This document shows positions 15,727-24,095 of a stretch of DNA of 32,000 nucleotides, in pieces. Below the pieces are notes generated by a model that saw only the letters and a list, made by a program, of their open reading frames with translations, made no database searches and was not told where the DNA came from. The position numbers and the translations under genes were made by a program. Within the stretch, counting starts at the first letter, position 1; each line of letters opens with the position of its first letter. The DNA comes from Candidatus Methanoperedens sp. (GTDB lineage Archaea > Halobacteriota > Methanosarcinia > Methanosarcinales > Methanoperedenaceae), in the NCBI GenBank assembly GCA_027460535.1, contig JAPZAR010000014.1, positions 60,001-92,000 of the forward strand. The letters run 5' to 3'.

Positions 15727-16038
15727 TTAAGGGGAAGAGGGTGGGAAAGAGGAAAGTTAACTTCAAGAATCAATTTATGATGTTTGAAAGGAGTCTTCGA
15801 ATAAAAAGAAGACTTTCTGAAAAACCTGTATGCATAGCTCTAATTGAGCGAAAGCTTTAATTCAGATAACATAGAACATTAATGTGTGAGTGGAAGCAGC
15901 AAAATCACTCAATCAATAAGATAAGGGGAGAAAACTATGCTAAAATTACTATTTTTGTATCTCAGTACATTAGGTAATGCAAAAGCGATGGTAGATCAAG
16001 AAATGTTGAAGCAAAAGCCATGAAGGGAGATACAAAAT

Positions 16039-17418
16039 ATGGATAAGCCGAATTTAACTAATGTTTTAGAAGAATCAACTATAGATGAATTTAAGAAAAA
16101 TTTGAGAGGCAACCTTTTTCGGCCTGGAGATGAAGGTTATGAATCGTCTCGAAAAATTTTCAATGCCATGATTGATAAACATCCAGGATTAATAGTTAAA
16201 TCTGCCGGAGTAGCAGATGTAATCACTACGGTCAATTTTGCTCGTAAAAATAATTTGTTATTGGCAGTGAAAGGTGGAGGTCATAGCGTAGCAGGACACG
16301 CTATATGCGACGGCTGTCTAATGATAGATCTTTCAAATATGAAAGGAATTAGAGTAGATCAAATAGAAAGGACCGTACGTGCAGAATCTGGAGTTGTATT
16401 AGGAGAATTGGACCACGAGACACAGATTCACGGGCTTGCTACATCGCTTGGGACGATTTCTGTTACCGGTATTTCTGGATTAACACTAGGCGGAGGAATT
16501 GGCTGGTTAATGGGAAGATATGGTCTGGCGTGCGATAATCTTGTGTCTGTTGATATTGTTACAGCAGATGGTAGATTTATTACTGCAAGTTCTAAAAAAA
16601 ATCAGGATTTATTCTGGGGAATAAGAGGCGGAGGAGGTAATTTTGGTATCGTTACATCTTTCGAATATAAAGTCTATCCTATTAGTCAGGTTCTAGCAGG
16701 TCTTATATTGTGGCCTCTGGATAAGGCTAAAGAAGTGTTGCACTTTTTCAGGGACTTTACGAGAGATGAGCCTGATGAATTAGGCACAATACTTGCGATT
16801 GCAACATTGCCAGGTGGAGTACCTGTGGTTGGGGTAGCAGTTTGTTATTCTGGAGAAATAGAAAAGGGAAAAAAAGTGCTGGCACCATTGAGAGAATTTG
16901 GCGCTCCAGTGGTTGATACTATAGGACCGATGCAATATGAACGTGCTCAAAAAATGTTAAATGATACGGCTCCCTCTGGAAAACTAAATTATTGGAAATC
17001 AGCGTTTTTGAAAGAATTATCGGACAATGTCATCGAAACAATAATATCTTATACGAAGAATGTACCATCGCCCATTTCAATGGTTCATATATGGTCACAT
17101 CACGGTGCAGTGAATAGGATAAAAACAGGAGAAATTGCATTTAGCAATCGTAATTATCAATATAATTTCCACATAGTGAGCATATGGGAAGATAAAGCAA
17201 TATCAGAAAAGAATCTTGAATGGACAAGAAATTTCTGGAAGGCAATGGAGCCTTTTATGGCCAGTCAGATTTATTTGAATTTCATAAGTTCCGAAGAAGA
17301 AGGGCGAATTATAGCTGCATACGGGAAGAATTACGAGAGGCTAGTTGCTTTAAAAAATAAATATGATCCTACAAACCTATTTCGTATGAATCAGAACATT
17401 AAACCTTCACAGATGTAG
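16039..17418 (+). CDS. FAD-linked oxidase of the PCMH / berberine-bridge-enzyme-like family
   Basis: 459 aa with an FAD_binding_4-type N-terminus (..LLAVKGGGHSVAGH.., ..GGGIGWL.., ..WGIRGGGGNFGIVT..). The C-terminal BBE signature is ..LVALKNKYDPTNLFRMNQNIKP. There is no signal peptide. The gene is visibly AT-rich compared with the flanking housekeeping genes. Confidence 0.88.
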   Translation: MDKPNLTNVLEESTIDEFKKNLRGNLFRPGDEGYESSRKIFNAMIDKHPGLIVKSAGVADVITTVNFARKNNLLLAVKGGGHSVAGHAICDGCLMIDLSNMKGIRVDQIERTVRAESGVVLGELDHETQIHGLATSLGTISVTGISGLTLGGGIGWLMGRYGLACDNLVSVDIVTADGRFITASSKKNQDLFWGIRGGGGNFGIVTSFEYKVYPISQVLAGLILWPLDKAKEVLHFFRDFTRDEPDELGTILAIATLPGGVPVVGVAVCYSGEIEKGKKVLAPLREFGAPVVDTIGPMQYERAQKMLNDTAPSGKLNYWKSAFLKELSDNVIETIISYTKNVPSPISMVHIWSHHGAVNRIKTGEIAFSNRNYQYNFHIVSIWEDKAISEKNLEWTRNFWKAMEPFMASQIYLNFISSEEEGRIIAAYGKNYERLVALKNKYDPTNLFRMNQNIKPSQM

Positions 17419-17583
17419 TGAGGAAAGCCGTTTGCCTAATTAAAAATGAATTTCGCGGGGGAATTGACATGTATTAAGATATGAAAAATAAAATTAAAAT
17501 AACTGGATTATGGTATGTGCCTTAAACTATATTTCTTAACTATATAAATTTGATATACTTGAGTTTTCTGCGATGGGTGTGTG

Positions 17584-17653
17584 ATGCATCTGTGCTCGTT
17601 GCTCACAGAAGCCGATAGGTAACCCGAATTCTTCTTAAAATGTGAAAATTCGG
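17584..17653 (+). repeat. Dispersed non-coding repeat, copy C (short form)
   Basis: ATGCATCTGTGCTCGTTGCTCACAGAAGCCGATAGGTAACCCGAATTCTTCTTAAAATGTGAAAATTCGG aligns with the two ends of copy A. It lacks the ~45-nt middle segment of copies A and B. Confidence 0.5.
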
Positions 17654-17774
17654 CGCCCAAAAATAGAACTCACACTAATTCTCATAATTGAAGGTAATAT
17701 GATGTCGCCAGAGCAAGCTTTCCGAAAAATTTCTATCATGTGGAAAGTGTTAAATACATTTAGTAAATTATGCA

Positions 17775-17787
17775 TTACATAATGTAA
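17775..17787. promoter_or_regulatory. Perfect 6-1-6 palindrome, candidate operator of the DUF2178/XRE operon
   Basis: TTACAT-A-ATGTAA lies 29 nt upstream of the ATG at 17816, embedded in AT-rich TATA-like sequence (AAATATTATT follows). The next-but-one gene encodes a small dimeric-type XRE HTH protein. Confidence 0.3.
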
Positions 17788-17815
17788 AATATTATTGACA
17801 TTTTGAGGAATTAGA

Positions 17816-18214
17816 ATGAGCGAAAAAGAGAAAAGTTATACGATAATGAGGATTTTAACAGCTGTCTTAGTAGCGGCAGGCATGGGGTTCGCAATCGCCA
17901 CACGCAATCTGATTGGCGGAGTAATGATACTCGCTATAGGATTATCTTTGTTTCTGTTTATGAAAACTAGATACAAAGATGTTGTTATCGCAGATGAAAG
18001 AACCAGAAAGATTTCTGAAAAGGCCATTGCAGGTGCTTTCTGGATCTATTTAGTAAGCATAGTTCTGGCTAACATTGCAGTTATTTTTCTTGGGCCTTTG
18101 GATCTGGAAATTATTGAACAGGTTAAACCGGCTGTTACCTATATTACCTATACATTCTTTTTCCTGATTTTCCTGTACGAAGCTCTCAGGTTCTATTACA
18201 AGAACGAAATGTAG
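17816..18214 (+). CDS. Four-TM membrane protein, DUF2178-like
   Basis: 132 aa with 4 hydrophobic helices split by a charged loop (KTRYKDVVIADERTRKISEKA). The architecture and its pairing with a ~67-aa XRE regulator are typical of DUF2178 proteins. This is recalled family knowledge, not a search result. Confidence 0.6.
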   Translation: MSEKEKSYTIMRILTAVLVAAGMGFAIATRNLIGGVMILAIGLSLFLFMKTRYKDVVIADERTRKISEKAIAGAFWIYLVSIVLANIAVIFLGPLDLEIIEQVKPAVTYITYTFFFLIFLYEALRFYYKNEM

Positions 18215-18222
18215 GGGCACTA

Positions 18223-18426
18223 ATGAAAAACAAGCTCAAAGTATTCCGGGCCATGCATGATATGACTCAAGAAGACCTTGCTCAAAAAGTTAAAGTCACG
18301 AGGCAAACCATAAATGCAATTGAAAAAGAAAAATATAATCCCTCACTTGAGTTGGCTTTTAAATTTGCTAAACTTTTCAAAGTTAAAATTGAGGATATTT
18401 TCGCATTTAATGATGAAGATTTATAA
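18223..18426 (+). CDS. Small XRE/Cro-type helix-turn-helix transcriptional regulator
   Basis: 67 aa: ..MTQEDLAQKVKVTRQTINAIEKEKYNPSLELAFKFAKLF.., a canonical HTH_3-type motif. It lies 8 nt downstream of the membrane protein gene. Confidence 0.88.
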   Translation: MKNKLKVFRAMHDMTQEDLAQKVKVTRQTINAIEKEKYNPSLELAFKFAKLFKVKIEDIFAFNDEDL

Positions 18427-18452
18427 CCTTTTAGCGATAAAGGACAATTCAA

Positions 18453-19043
18453 ATGGTAATAATAACTTTTATTTTTTATTTCCTTGTTTTTGCAGTGTTC
18501 CACAGTGCTCTCGCTACGGATTTTGTCAAAGAGGAAGCCGAAAGGTTGCTTGGAAATAAGTTCCGTTTTTACAGGATAATATACGTGATCATCAGTCTCA
18601 TCACATTCGCTCCGGCTTTCTTTATCTGGATCATCGGCTCGACCCCTCTTGCCTACTTCATCCCCGGCTGGTTGTATCCTTTTTTTCTTCTTGTTCGCAT
18701 GCTCGCACTCGGTTTGTTTGCCTATGCTGCATTCCAGACCGACGTCCTTGAATTTATCGGGCTGAGGCGAAGCGCGAAAAATGAATTGATAACAACGGGC
18801 GCTTACGGGATAGTCCGGCATCCGCTCTACGCAGGCGGCATTATCCTGGTATTCACAAAGACGGAAATGAGCCAGCTTGACCTGACCGCCGTGCTGCTTG
18901 TATCGATCTATCTCATTATTGGAGCCTTCATTGAGGAGAAAAGATTACTGGAAATTTTCGGCGAAGAATATAGGAAATATCAAAATAATGTCTCGATGTT
19001 CATTCCCATAAAATGGATTATGAAGTTGAAAATACATAGATGA
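18453..19043 (+). CDS. Membrane methyltransferase of the isoprenylcysteine carboxyl methyltransferase / PEMT family
   Basis: 196 aa and polytopic. The signature is ..LITTGAYGIVRHPLYAGGIIL.. followed by ..IEEKRLLEIFGEEYRKYQNNVSMFIP. Confidence 0.8.
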   Translation: MVIITFIFYFLVFAVFHSALATDFVKEEAERLLGNKFRFYRIIYVIISLITFAPAFFIWIIGSTPLAYFIPGWLYPFFLLVRMLALGLFAYAAFQTDVLEFIGLRRSAKNELITTGAYGIVRHPLYAGGIILVFTKTEMSQLDLTAVLLVSIYLIIGAFIEEKRLLEIFGEEYRKYQNNVSMFIPIKWIMKLKIHR

Positions 19044-19044
19044 A

Positions 19045-19941
19045 ATGGATCAGGTGGCTATGGCAAATTCAAGTTTCAAAGGCTACGCTCAGGTTGTGGC
19101 CGCTTCCGTTTTATTCGGATCCATCGGCATCTTCATCAAACTCATCACCGATATGCCGATTCCCTCTATGATATTCTACAGGCTTTTCTTTGGATTTGCC
19201 GCTATAATTCTTTATCTTTACATCTGCGGCAATTTCAAGGAACTCAGGTTTAAAGAGAAAAAGAAATACCTTCTGCTGCTCGGTCTTTTCGAGGCAGGTG
19301 CAATTCTCACTTACTATTATTCGGTCAGGTATACAGATGTGTCAATGGCGGTGCTGCTGCTGTATACCGCGCCCATGTACGTTATTCTTATGTCCCCCTT
19401 CATACTGAAAGAGAATATAACGCGCAAAAGCATTTTCGCACTGGCATTATCAATAACAGGGATTATCATAGTGATTCAACCCGGATCTTTAATCATTGAG
19501 GGAATGAGTTCTTTTGGGATTTTTTCTGGTATTATATCAGGTCTGTTATATGCTTTGATGATACTCACATCCAGGTATCTCAGGAACTATTACTCGGGTA
19601 CAGCCCAGGCAACATGGTCTATCATCGTGTCATTAGTTGTCTTTTCACCTTTTTCAATGGCAGTATCCCCGGCAGTGATACAAGGAAACCTGTATCTTCT
19701 CATACTGTTCGGCCTCATACCCACTGCATTGGGCGGGATAATTTACCTGAATGGCCTCCGATTGGTGAGAGCCCAGGACGCAAGCATCATCTCACTCCTT
19801 GAACCGGTCAGCGCTATGGTCTTTGCATACATAATATTGAGTGAGCCTGTTTCATTGGCCACGATGATTGGCGGTGGTTTCATACTTGCAGGGGCTGTAA
19901 TTATCAGCAGGGAAAAGCAAATAGAGGCCGCACCCAAGTAG
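19045..19941 (+). CDS. EamA/DMT-superfamily transporter
   Basis: 298 aa and ~10 TM helices arranged as two EamA-like halves. It starts 1 nt after the methyltransferase stop. Confidence 0.8.
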   Translation: MDQVAMANSSFKGYAQVVAASVLFGSIGIFIKLITDMPIPSMIFYRLFFGFAAIILYLYICGNFKELRFKEKKKYLLLLGLFEAGAILTYYYSVRYTDVSMAVLLLYTAPMYVILMSPFILKENITRKSIFALALSITGIIIVIQPGSLIIEGMSSFGIFSGIISGLLYALMILTSRYLRNYYSGTAQATWSIIVSLVVFSPFSMAVSPAVIQGNLYLLILFGLIPTALGGIIYLNGLRLVRAQDASIISLLEPVSAMVFAYIILSEPVSLATMIGGGFILAGAVIISREKQIEAAPK

Positions 19942-19950
19942 GCATGGTTT

Positions 19951-20922
19951 TTACGAATGAAGTGTTGGCTTCTGCTGCACAGTTGGAGCCTTCTCAAGCA
20001 CGGTCTTAAGCTTTACTTTTCCTGGGCCCCTGAAAAATTCCATGGAAACCCTGTCGCCCACTTTGTGCTTGTTAAGGACTTTGATCAGGTCCCTGACGTT
20101 ATTTATCTCAATATCGTCCATGCGGACCAGGATATCCGCAACTTCTATTCCTGACCTGTCAGCTTCGCTTCCGGCCACCACGTTTGTCACCACCACCCCT
20201 TTTTCCGTCGGAAGGTTATAGTACGCCACGAGCTTGGGATTGACATCAACGGCATTCATGCTGATCCATGGTCTTACGATTTCGCCATGTTCTCTTAGCT
20301 GGTCGGCCACCCACATTGCGGATTGTATCGGGATTGCGAAGCCGATACCCTGTGCGAAAGGTATGATGGCACTGTTGATCCCAACGACGACACCTTTGCT
20401 GTCGACAAGCGGACCACCGCTGTTCCCGGGATTAATAGCAGCGTCTGTCTGTATCAATCCTTCCATGAAGGTAACTTCTGTCTGGATAGAGCGGTTCAGC
20501 GCGCTGATCACACCTGCTGTCACAGTTGGGCCGCCCACCAAACCCAGAGGGCTGCCTATGGCTATCGCCATCTGGCCTATCTTGAGACCATTGCCTTTTG
20601 CCGTCTCCGGGACAGGGAGATTTGCGGCTTCGATTTTAATCACGGCCAGGTCCATTATGGTATCCAGCCCCCTGACCTCACCCGGAAAAATCCTGCCGTC
20701 TTCCAATGTCACTTTTATCTCCTGCGAACCGAGCACAACGTGGGCGTTTGTCAGTATGAAGCCGTCTTTCCCTATTATGAATCCCGAGCCCACCCCCGGA
20801 ACAGGATGCACGTGAAGATATGCATCTTTTATGAGTTTAACTTCACTGATATTTACCACGCTGGGAATTATCTTTTCAACTGCCGCAACTACCGTCTCGT
20901 CGAAACTTGCCATATTTGTCAC
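19951..20922 (-). CDS. htrA: HtrA/DegP-like trypsin-fold serine protease with C-terminal PDZ domain
   Basis: The triad context is TNAHVV (His), DLAVIKI (Asp) and GNSGGPL (Ser), with a PDZ-like C-terminus. There is no obvious signal peptide. Its stop lies 9 nt from the convergent EamA stop. Confidence 0.88.
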   Translation of the reverse strand: MTNMASFDETVVAAVEKIIPSVVNISEVKLIKDAYLHVHPVPGVGSGFIIGKDGFILTNAHVVLGSQEIKVTLEDGRIFPGEVRGLDTIMDLAVIKIEAANLPVPETAKGNGLKIGQMAIAIGSPLGLVGGPTVTAGVISALNRSIQTEVTFMEGLIQTDAAINPGNSGGPLVDSKGVVVGINSAIIPFAQGIGFAIPIQSAMWVADQLREHGEIVRPWISMNAVDVNPKLVAYYNLPTEKGVVVTNVVAGSEADRSGIEVADILVRMDDIEINNVRDLIKVLNKHKVGDRVSMEFFRGPGKVKLKTVLEKAPTVQQKPTLHS

Positions 20923-20952
20923 CCCGATAACTTCAGGTTATAACTTTATGGC

Positions 20953-20969
20953 TGAAGCATTATATCTCT
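20953..20969 (+). promoter_or_regulatory. Promoter-like 17-mer (TATA-type core ATTATAT), copy 1
   Basis: TGAAGCATTATATCTCT lies in the htrA/mscS divergent intergenic region, ~55 nt upstream of the mscS ATG. A near-identical 17-mer (16/17) lies at 21940-21956. Confidence 0.35.
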
Positions 20970-21022
20970 TTGCTAAGAAATTGCAGCAAACTTTTTTAAA
21001 GAATTGATGCACATTATGTTCG

Positions 21023-21880
21023 ATGGCTGCAGATATTTTTATAGGCAAGGTGACACTGGCTAACTTCTTAATATTCATCTTTATATTTATCATAACAGTT
21101 GTAATGGGTAATTTATTTTATACACTGATACGGAGATTCCTGGACAGCAAGATTTCTATAGGTTATTCAAAATTGGTGGCCAGAATAACGGAATATGCTA
21201 TATTTATACTCGGTCTCTACTACGGCCTGCGTTACGTTCTGGAGCTGGACCTGAACGCTTTCGTTGCTTCGCTTGGTATTATTGGTATTGCGATTGCCTT
21301 CGCATCACAACAGGTAATCCAGAATTTCATTGCCGGCATACTGATCTCAGTTGGAAGACCGGTCCATATAGATGACTGGGTGGAAGTTGGAGAAACGGGA
21401 ATATGTAATATTAAGGATATCACGCTGACACGCACGATTTTGAGGAATAAGAATGGCAGATTGATATATATGCCAAACTCTTTTCTGATTTCTTCAAGTA
21501 TTATAAACTATACAAAATCAGGTCTTGTGGAAATCTCGGTGGCTTTGACAATCCCTGTTGACTCTGATATTGGAAAGGTCAAGGGAATCATTAAAACGGT
21601 GGCTCACGAGCATGCAAATATTCTTCCTCATGTTCGGGGGGAAGAAAAAGATATTATAACCAAATTATTGGAACTTCCCAACATCAAGATGCTGTTCAAG
21701 GATAAAATGGATATGAGCCTTTTCGAGCCAAAGGTTCTGGTGTCAGAGATTTCAGATGCCGGAGTAATGCTCAGCATACGACTCTGGATCAGGGAAATCA
21801 ATAAAAAAGATGAAATAATTTCTGAATTCTTAGAGAGTTTACTACTGAAATTCAAAGAAGAGAAAATTGAATTTAAATGA
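21023..21880 (+). CDS. Small-conductance mechanosensitive channel (MscS family)
   Basis: 285 aa with 3 N-terminal TM helices. The MscS pore and beta-domain region follows (..GIIGIAIAFASQQVIQNFIAGILISVGRPVHIDDWVEV..). Confidence 0.88.
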   Translation: MAADIFIGKVTLANFLIFIFIFIITVVMGNLFYTLIRRFLDSKISIGYSKLVARITEYAIFILGLYYGLRYVLELDLNAFVASLGIIGIAIAFASQQVIQNFIAGILISVGRPVHIDDWVEVGETGICNIKDITLTRTILRNKNGRLIYMPNSFLISSSIINYTKSGLVEISVALTIPVDSDIGKVKGIIKTVAHEHANILPHVRGEEKDIITKLLELPNIKMLFKDKMDMSLFEPKVLVSEISDAGVMLSIRLWIREINKKDEIISEFLESLLLKFKEEKIEFK

Positions 21881-21912
21881 CGATAACGTCGCCCACCTAC
21901 TGGTTTTTTTTC
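21881..21912 (+). terminator. Oligo-T tract downstream of mscS
   Basis: A T8 run at 21904-21911 lies 24 nt after the mscS stop. Confidence 0.4.
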
Positions 21913-21939
21913 CATTTGGTACTATCGTACTCACAGTCT

Positions 21940-21956
21940 TGAAGCATTATATTTCT
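21940..21956 (+). promoter_or_regulatory. Promoter-like 17-mer, copy 2 (upstream of guaA subunit B)
   Basis: TGAAGCATTATATTTCT differs at one position from the 17-mer at 20953-20969. It lies ~160 nt upstream of the guaA ATG. Confidence 0.3.
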
Positions 21957-22116
21957 TCCATCTGGCGCTAAATTAATATCCTTAGCACTTCTCTTCTTCT
22001 TTAATTTTTTGCCGCAAAATGAGCGTGGATAAATGCAGATGAAAACCTCAGGTCATACGCACACCCTTGGGAGAAAGTAAAACCATTTAAATCAGGAACA
22101 ATAATGTAAGGGGCAA

Positions 22117-23031
22117 ATGGTAAAAGTTGAAAAATTCATCCCGTCGAGCATAGAAAAAATAAAAAAGGATATAAGAGGCAGGGCCATCATAGCATTGTCC
22201 GGAGGAGTGGACAGCTCAGTATGCGCTGTGCTCGCGCACAGAGCGATTGGCGATCTCCTCACGCCCATCTATATCGATACTGGGTTAATGCGAAAAGGGG
22301 AGACAGAGAGGATAAAGAAGATATTTTCCGATATGAGCCTCCAGGTGATCGACGCGAAAGAAAATTTCCTGCGGGCCCTGAAAGGCCTTGCGGATCCCGA
22401 AAAGAAAAGGAAGGCCGTGGGCGAAGCATTCATAAGGGAATTCGAGAGAGAAGCACATAAACTCGGCGCGAGATACCTGATACAGGGAACCATATATCCG
22501 GACAGGATAGAATCCGAGGGCGGGATAAAGAGTCACCATAACGTGGGTGGACTCCCTTCGGTCATCGATTTTGAGGGGATTATAGAACCAATCGCCGACC
22601 TCTACAAGGATGAGGTCCGGGAGGTTGCAAGGGCGCTTGGATTGCCCCGGGAGATCTCCGACAGGATGCCATTTCCGGGACCCGGCCTTTCGGTCAGGAT
22701 AATAGGCGAGGTGACGGAGGAAAAACTGGATGTGGTCAGGGCTGCCAACGCGATCGTGGAAGAAGAACTCGTGGAGCAGTTCGGCCCCTGGCAAACCTTT
22801 GCGGCGCTGCTTGAGAAAGGAACCGGGGTTAAAGGCGACAATAGAGTACACGGCTGGATAATAGCGGTACGCGCCGTAGAGTCAAGGGACGGCATGACGG
22901 CTGAGGCGATGGAATTGCCATGGGAAATACTTCGGAAGATAGAATCCCGCATCACCAGCGAGATACCGAGCGTTTCTCGCGTGCTGTACGACCTCACCCC
23001 GAAACCGCCTGCCACTATCGAGTTCGAATGA
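22117..23031 (+). CDS. guaA: GMP synthase subunit B (ATP pyrophosphatase subunit of the split archaeal enzyme)
   Basis: 304 aa with the PP-loop SGGVDSSV. The C-terminal dimerisation domain ends ..[14 protein letters not shown]. No fused glutamine amidotransferase domain is present. Confidence 0.92.
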   Translation: MVKVEKFIPSSIEKIKKDIRGRAIIALSGGVDSSVCAVLAHRAIGDLLTPIYIDTGLMRKGETERIKKIFSDMSLQVIDAKENFLRALKGLADPEKKRKAVGEAFIREFEREAHKLGARYLIQGTIYPDRIESEGGIKSHHNVGGLPSVIDFEGIIEPIADLYKDEVREVARALGLPREISDRMPFPGPGLSVRIIGEVTEEKLDVVRAANAIVEEELVEQFGPWQTFAALLEKGTGVKGDNRVHGWIIAVRAVESRDGMTAEAMELPWEILRKIESRITSEIPSVSRVLYDLTPKPPATIEFE

Positions 23032-24074
23032 TCAGGTTGAGAATGCAGATGCCTCTCACTAAAGTTGTGCGGGAAATCCGCTCACGGCAAAAAGTCAAAT
23101 TCAATCCCCCGGACAGGCCAACAGCGGTATGGACCGGAAAGGATCTGCTTGATGGAAAACCTGTTTCTACGCTCACAATTATTTTCCAGACTTTGGGGTG
23201 CAGGTGGAATAACTGCACTATGTGCGGCTATGTTTATGACAGTGCAAGAAACCCCCCATCTCACGATGATCTGATGAAGCAGTTCGATAATGCGATGTCG
23301 CGCTGCAAGGATGAAGAGTTCGTTGTGAAGATATTCACTTCAGGCAGCTTCCTGGACGAGGGAGAGATCCCGCGGGCAACAAGGCACGAAATGCTTTTGC
23401 GCCTCGGGAAAGATGAGAGATTGAAAAAGGTAATAGCCGAGACAAGGCCTGAATATGTAACCCGGGAGATATTATCCGAAACCCTATCGATTCTTGGCAA
23501 GAGCTTTGAGATAGCCGTGGGACTTGAGACAAGTAACGACATGATAAGGAAAGATTGCATCAATAAAGGCTTCACGTTCTCGGATTTTGTAAAGGCAAGC
23601 AATATTGCAGGGGAAGTGAATGTCTCAGTCAAGGCATACCTTCTCCTCAAGCCTATTTTCCTTACAGAGCGTATCGCGATCGATGACATAGTACGATCAA
23701 TTAATGACGTAGCGCCACATGCAGGAACGATATCGATCAATCTCTGCAATGTCCAGAAAGGGACGCTCGTGGAGGAAATGTTCGAGCGCGGGGATTACCG
23801 GCCGCCGTGGCTGTGGAGTGCTGTGGAAGTCTTGAAAAGGGGAAAAGTCTCTGCACCTGAGATGATTATAATTTCCGATCCCGTCGGGGCGGGTTCGGCT
23901 CGCGGCCCCCATAACTGCGGAAAATGCGATAAAGACGTGGCTGAAGCAATCCGTGTTTTTTCGCTCAATCAGGATGTCGGCGTTTTTAATAATCTTGATT
24001 GCGAGTGTAAGGAATTGTGGAAAAAGGTAATTGACCTTGAGGATTTCACTTTCGGCGCGCCGCTTGTGAAATAA
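23028..24074 (+). CDS. Archaeal radical SAM protein, TIGR01210/RaSEA-like (putative archaeosine-tRNA biosynthesis)
   Basis: The track ORF starts at 22920 inside guaA. The Met at 23028 overlaps the guaA TGA as ATGA. The cluster motif is [12 protein letters not shown] (Cx4Cx2C). The remainder resembles, from memory, the archaea-specific Elp3-like radical SAM family. A C-terminal Cys pair (CGKCD, CEC) is present. The family assignment is recalled, not searched. Confidence 0.6.
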   Translation: MIRLRMQMPLTKVVREIRSRQKVKFNPPDRPTAVWTGKDLLDGKPVSTLTIIFQTLGCRWNNCTMCGYVYDSARNPPSHDDLMKQFDNAMSRCKDEEFVVKIFTSGSFLDEGEIPRATRHEMLLRLGKDERLKKVIAETRPEYVTREILSETLSILGKSFEIAVGLETSNDMIRKDCINKGFTFSDFVKASNIAGEVNVSVKAYLLLKPIFLTERIAIDDIVRSINDVAPHAGTISINLCNVQKGTLVEEMFERGDYRPPWLWSAVEVLKRGKVSAPEMIIISDPVGAGSARGPHNCGKCDKDVAEAIRVFSLNQDVGVFNNLDCECKELWKKVIDLEDFTFGAPLVK

Positions 24075-24095
24075 CTGGAATAACTCAAAATGCGG

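Noticed and set aside
15154-15860. Track ORFs 15154-15372 (72 aa) and 15597-15860 (87 aa)
   Set aside because: Each is built on a copy of the dispersed nucleotide repeat. The homologous copies fall in different reading frames or are interrupted by stops (copy C), so conservation is not at the protein level.
15937-16023. 28-codon ORF (MLKLLFLYLSTLGNAKAMVDQEMLKQKP) with AGGGGAG upstream, ending 15 nt before the BBE-like oxidase start; considered as a leader or precursor peptide
   Set aside because: It is too short and featureless to support. There are no partner maturation genes, and the SD-like string may simply be chance in purine-rich spacer. It is noted only as something ribosome profiling could settle.
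18282-18821. 179-aa minus-strand ORF
   Set aside because: It is antisense to both the XRE regulator and the ICMT-like methyltransferase, which have clear family motifs. Its translation is low-complexity.
22920-23027. Upstream extension of the radical SAM ORF (track start 22920)
   Set aside because: The extension lies entirely inside the 3' end of guaA in another frame and adds an Arg/His-rich tail. The ATG at 23028, overlapping the guaA stop, is the standard coupled start.
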